Below, one piece after another: positions 61,258 to 64,000 of a DNA stretch of 64,000 bases. Location: the NCBI GenBank assembly GCA_964106645.2, contig OZ067044.1, one strand, 5' to 3'. Origin of the DNA: Podarcis pityusensis (lineage: Eukaryota). Numbering within the stretch: position 1 is the stretch's first letter; each line of letters begins with the position of its first letter. A program made the translations under genes and the position numbers. Under the pieces are notes generated by a model. The model ran no database searches and was not told the origin of the DNA. It saw nothing but the letters and a program-made list of their open reading frames with translations.

Positions 61258-61366
61258 GACTTAGATCAGATTCACCATGTTTATCCCTCAAGTATTCAGC
61301 ACAGCGCATCAAACTACACATTGTGTATAATATTTTGGGTATAAACGTGCAAATCTGATCTAAGTC
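61258..61366. repeat. 109-nt inverted repeat, probably a MITE
   Basis: Perfect 15-bp arms GACTTAGATCAGATT / AATCTGATCTAAGTC, extending imperfectly inward (CATGTTTATCCC / GGGTATAAACGTG). Confidence 0.7.
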
Positions 61367-62055
61367 TGTTTGGTACAGTTTTCAATAGCTGCTAAAAGCT
61401 TTTTTGTTGAAGCAAGCCTACCCAGACATGTAACATCTTAACGCCTTTTTAAAGGATTTTCTATAAGCAAGAAAACAAACAATAAGAATGAGAAGCTACA
61501 ACATCTCCATAGTCATAGATGTGTTTTTTTAATAAAAAAACAACAACTTGCTTTTTATCTATATTTTTATAATTTTATTATATCCCCTATTAATTGCTGC
61601 TTTAATTGCTATTTTAATGAATATTTTTTACATTTTATGTAAACCTCTTAGCGTTTTCTTTCAATAATCAGTATTTACGTTTTGCCAATAAACAGATAAA
61701 TAAAGCTTCCCATTGGCACCAATGTGAACTTTTTTTACTGCTGCGGGGGGGGAAATTTCCTGGGGAAGGAGTTGTGGAAGGAGATGATTAAGCCTTCCTT
61801 CCATGTGTGCTGACACCTCATCCAGATTCCCCTCCCACTTCTGAATTTAAATACACACACTGTTTACAGCTATGTATTAAACATAACATGTCGCTTCACC
61901 CACAGTTACTTGCAGCACAACACCTCTATTGAACACTCTATATAGATCTGTCTCTGACGTTTTGTTTATGAAAACTGCCTTCACATAACGTCAGCTACCA
62001 TGTGATGCTTCTGCTCTGACTAAATGATGTGCTTGCCATTGCGCACTCCCTCAAA

Positions 62056-62840
62056 TAAAGTTACAGGATTTTTCCCCAAAGAATCCGGGGACACCTTTTA
62101 AAAAAACAACGAGGGGAAAAAGTTATTTTAAAAAGTTTTTGTTTTTGTTTTTGTTTTTTAAAAAAGCAGTAATCTCTTCTGTGGTCTCATCTGTTGCACA
62201 GCCTTCCTCTGGGCCCCAGCCTGCTCTCTTGGAGCGCTAGCCGCCGTGGAGTAGGCTCGGGTCAGGCCTGGGCTCAGCCACATCTCCTTGCCCTCCCAGT
62301 GCTCTCCTACCTTTCTTAAGCAGTGGCAGCGGAGCAGCAAGGTCGGGCCTCCCCTCTTTTTTCCCCTTCCTCTTTCTCTCTCTTCCTTCTCCTCTCCTCC
62401 TTCTCCCTGCGTCGCCTCCAGGGGTTTTCTGGCCCAGAGTGCTGCTGGGCAGTCAGCCGGGTGGCCGGGTGCTCTCGCTCCTGGCTCGATTCGGGTTGGG
62501 GGGGTTGTCAGTGTTTCCTCCAGTTGATGCACCGGGTGTCCCTGGTTCCCTCTCGGCAGTGGTGGCGGCAGCGGCAGTCTCAGCAGCCTGGAGCCAGCCT
62601 GGTAGCACAGTTGGCTCTGGCTGGCTTTAGGAGCTGCTCACTGCCATGGCGCCCACCATTTTGCCTCACCAGAAGTCCCCATATGATGTGTCTTGTGCTG
62701 TTGAACCAATCACACAACATTCATTCCCTACTAATAAATCTACAACACTTAAAATATAAATCCGGGGACTGATTTTGTCCGGGGACAGATTTGTAAATCT
62801 GGGGACTGTCCCCGGGAAACGGGGACATCTGGTAACCATA
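62056..62840. mobile_element. hAT (Blackjack-like) non-autonomous element, 785 bp
   Basis: Perfect 8-bp TSD CCCTCAAA at 62048-62055 and 62841-62848. Imperfect TIRs TAAAGTTACAGGAT versus TATGGTTACCAGAT (reverse complement of the right end). Multiple subterminal (CC)GGGGAC repeats. Confidence 0.85.
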
Positions 62841-63877
62841 CCCTCAAAGAAACTATCAAGTGCATTTTCCTTACTTCTGTACCTCTGTACTCTTCCACTC
62901 TTGCCTTATCCCCACCGTAAATCAGCTTCGCACTGCCACCTCCTCAAGCCCCCTTCCCATGTTACTGCTTCCCCACATCCAGAGGTAATTGATGCTCCAG
63001 GAATCATGACTTGGAACCATGCCTTCCTTTCCATTGTTGTGAGAAACCTCAGGCATTTGCTGTTTATAGACCTATCTATTGCCAATAAGACAAGATCCCC
63101 TACCACCCTGGTAGGGGTACGAAACACACTGACATACTGGAAGAAGCATAAACCTGCAACTGTCGCTGAAAATTAAACCATAAAGACTGCATACAGACCT
63201 TTTATGTTTGACAGCAATAATGCACCTTAAAATTATACCCTGAATCATAGTGAATAAATGCAGGATTTCTTTTTTCTAAAAGAGGAAAATCAGCGGTTTG
63301 CACAGCTCTCTATCAACGGGAAGCAATTTGGGGTTTTTGTTCTCCACTGATGCACTTTGATAAGAAAACATGACCCTTCGTACTTTCGTATTAGTCCTTC
63401 TTGTTTGGCAGCTCCATTCCCAATAAAATGCAGGCATCCACTACGAGAGCCAAATTAAAGTAAGATTTCTCTTCTGTTGGTTGAAGTTGCTGCTACTGAT
63501 TATTACCTTCCCATATTCAAGTTAGACATGTTTTCCTGCATTATAACAATTTAGTTAATTTTCACTACACAGCTTGCAGTAATGATGTCTGAGGCTGTAG
63601 ATAGTTTTGCTTTCAACCGTATGCCTGTCAGGCATCTGGGTTCAATAATTCCTTCAAGCATTTCTTTTGCATTTTAGTTTTTGCATTAATTGTACAGGAT
63701 TTTGCTCTCTCTCTGTGTGTGTGTGTGTGTAAGCATTTCCCCCTTTATTCCCTTAATACAGCTTGTGATTCAAAGACTTAAGTTTAGGATGGATTTTAAA
63801 AAAACAACAGTGTACAAAAAAGCATATGAAAAGCAACCCTACTTGTGGTTCTCACCATAAATAAGTTCCCTGATTAA

Positions 63878-63898
63878 AATAATAATAATAATAATAAT
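63878..63898. repeat. (AAT)7 microsatellite
   Basis: Read directly from the sequence. Confidence 0.9.
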
Positions 63899-64000
63899 CC
63901 TTTAATATTTCAGCCAGTGGCCCTGTAAAATGTATAAAAAAACCCATTTTCCATTTTTGCTGATGGGGTAAATAGACACAGCACATTAATCATAAACAAT

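Noticed and set aside
62158-62772. GC-rich ORFs suggesting a first exon or CpG-island gene
   Set aside because: They lie inside a TSD-bounded hAT element, and the translations are low-complexity with no recognisable domain.

Overview
This is vertebrate genomic DNA, almost certainly from a squamate and probably a lacertid lizard, because it carries a Sauria/Squam1 SINE of the lacertid type plus Squam2- and Squam3-like SINEs. I could not identify any host protein-coding exon in the readable sequence, so the window looks like a large intron or gene desert. Most listed ORFs are spurious or run through N-blocks. The four with recognisable protein motifs are retroelement fossils: two fragments of a DIRS/Ngaro-type reverse transcriptase (about 5.2-6.2 kb, minus), an L2 ORF2 end and an RTE ORF2 end. 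A Penelope 3' end with a degenerate minimal hammerhead ribozyme lies at 33.8-34.1 kb. There are many non-autonomous DNA transposons: five 232-242 bp TA-flanked Tigger/pogo-like MITEs, three CCGTA-type MITEs, several hAT elements with 8-bp target-site duplications, and long palindromic MITEs. Eight N-blocks (1,938 nt in total) look more like masked segments than ordinary scaffold gaps and may hide the most conserved sequence. I found no convincing new biological system. The best leads are the Penelope hammerhead relics, the DIRS/Ngaro fossil, the MITE length and terminus patterns, and the N-blocks. Family names come from recalled consensus motifs, not a database search.
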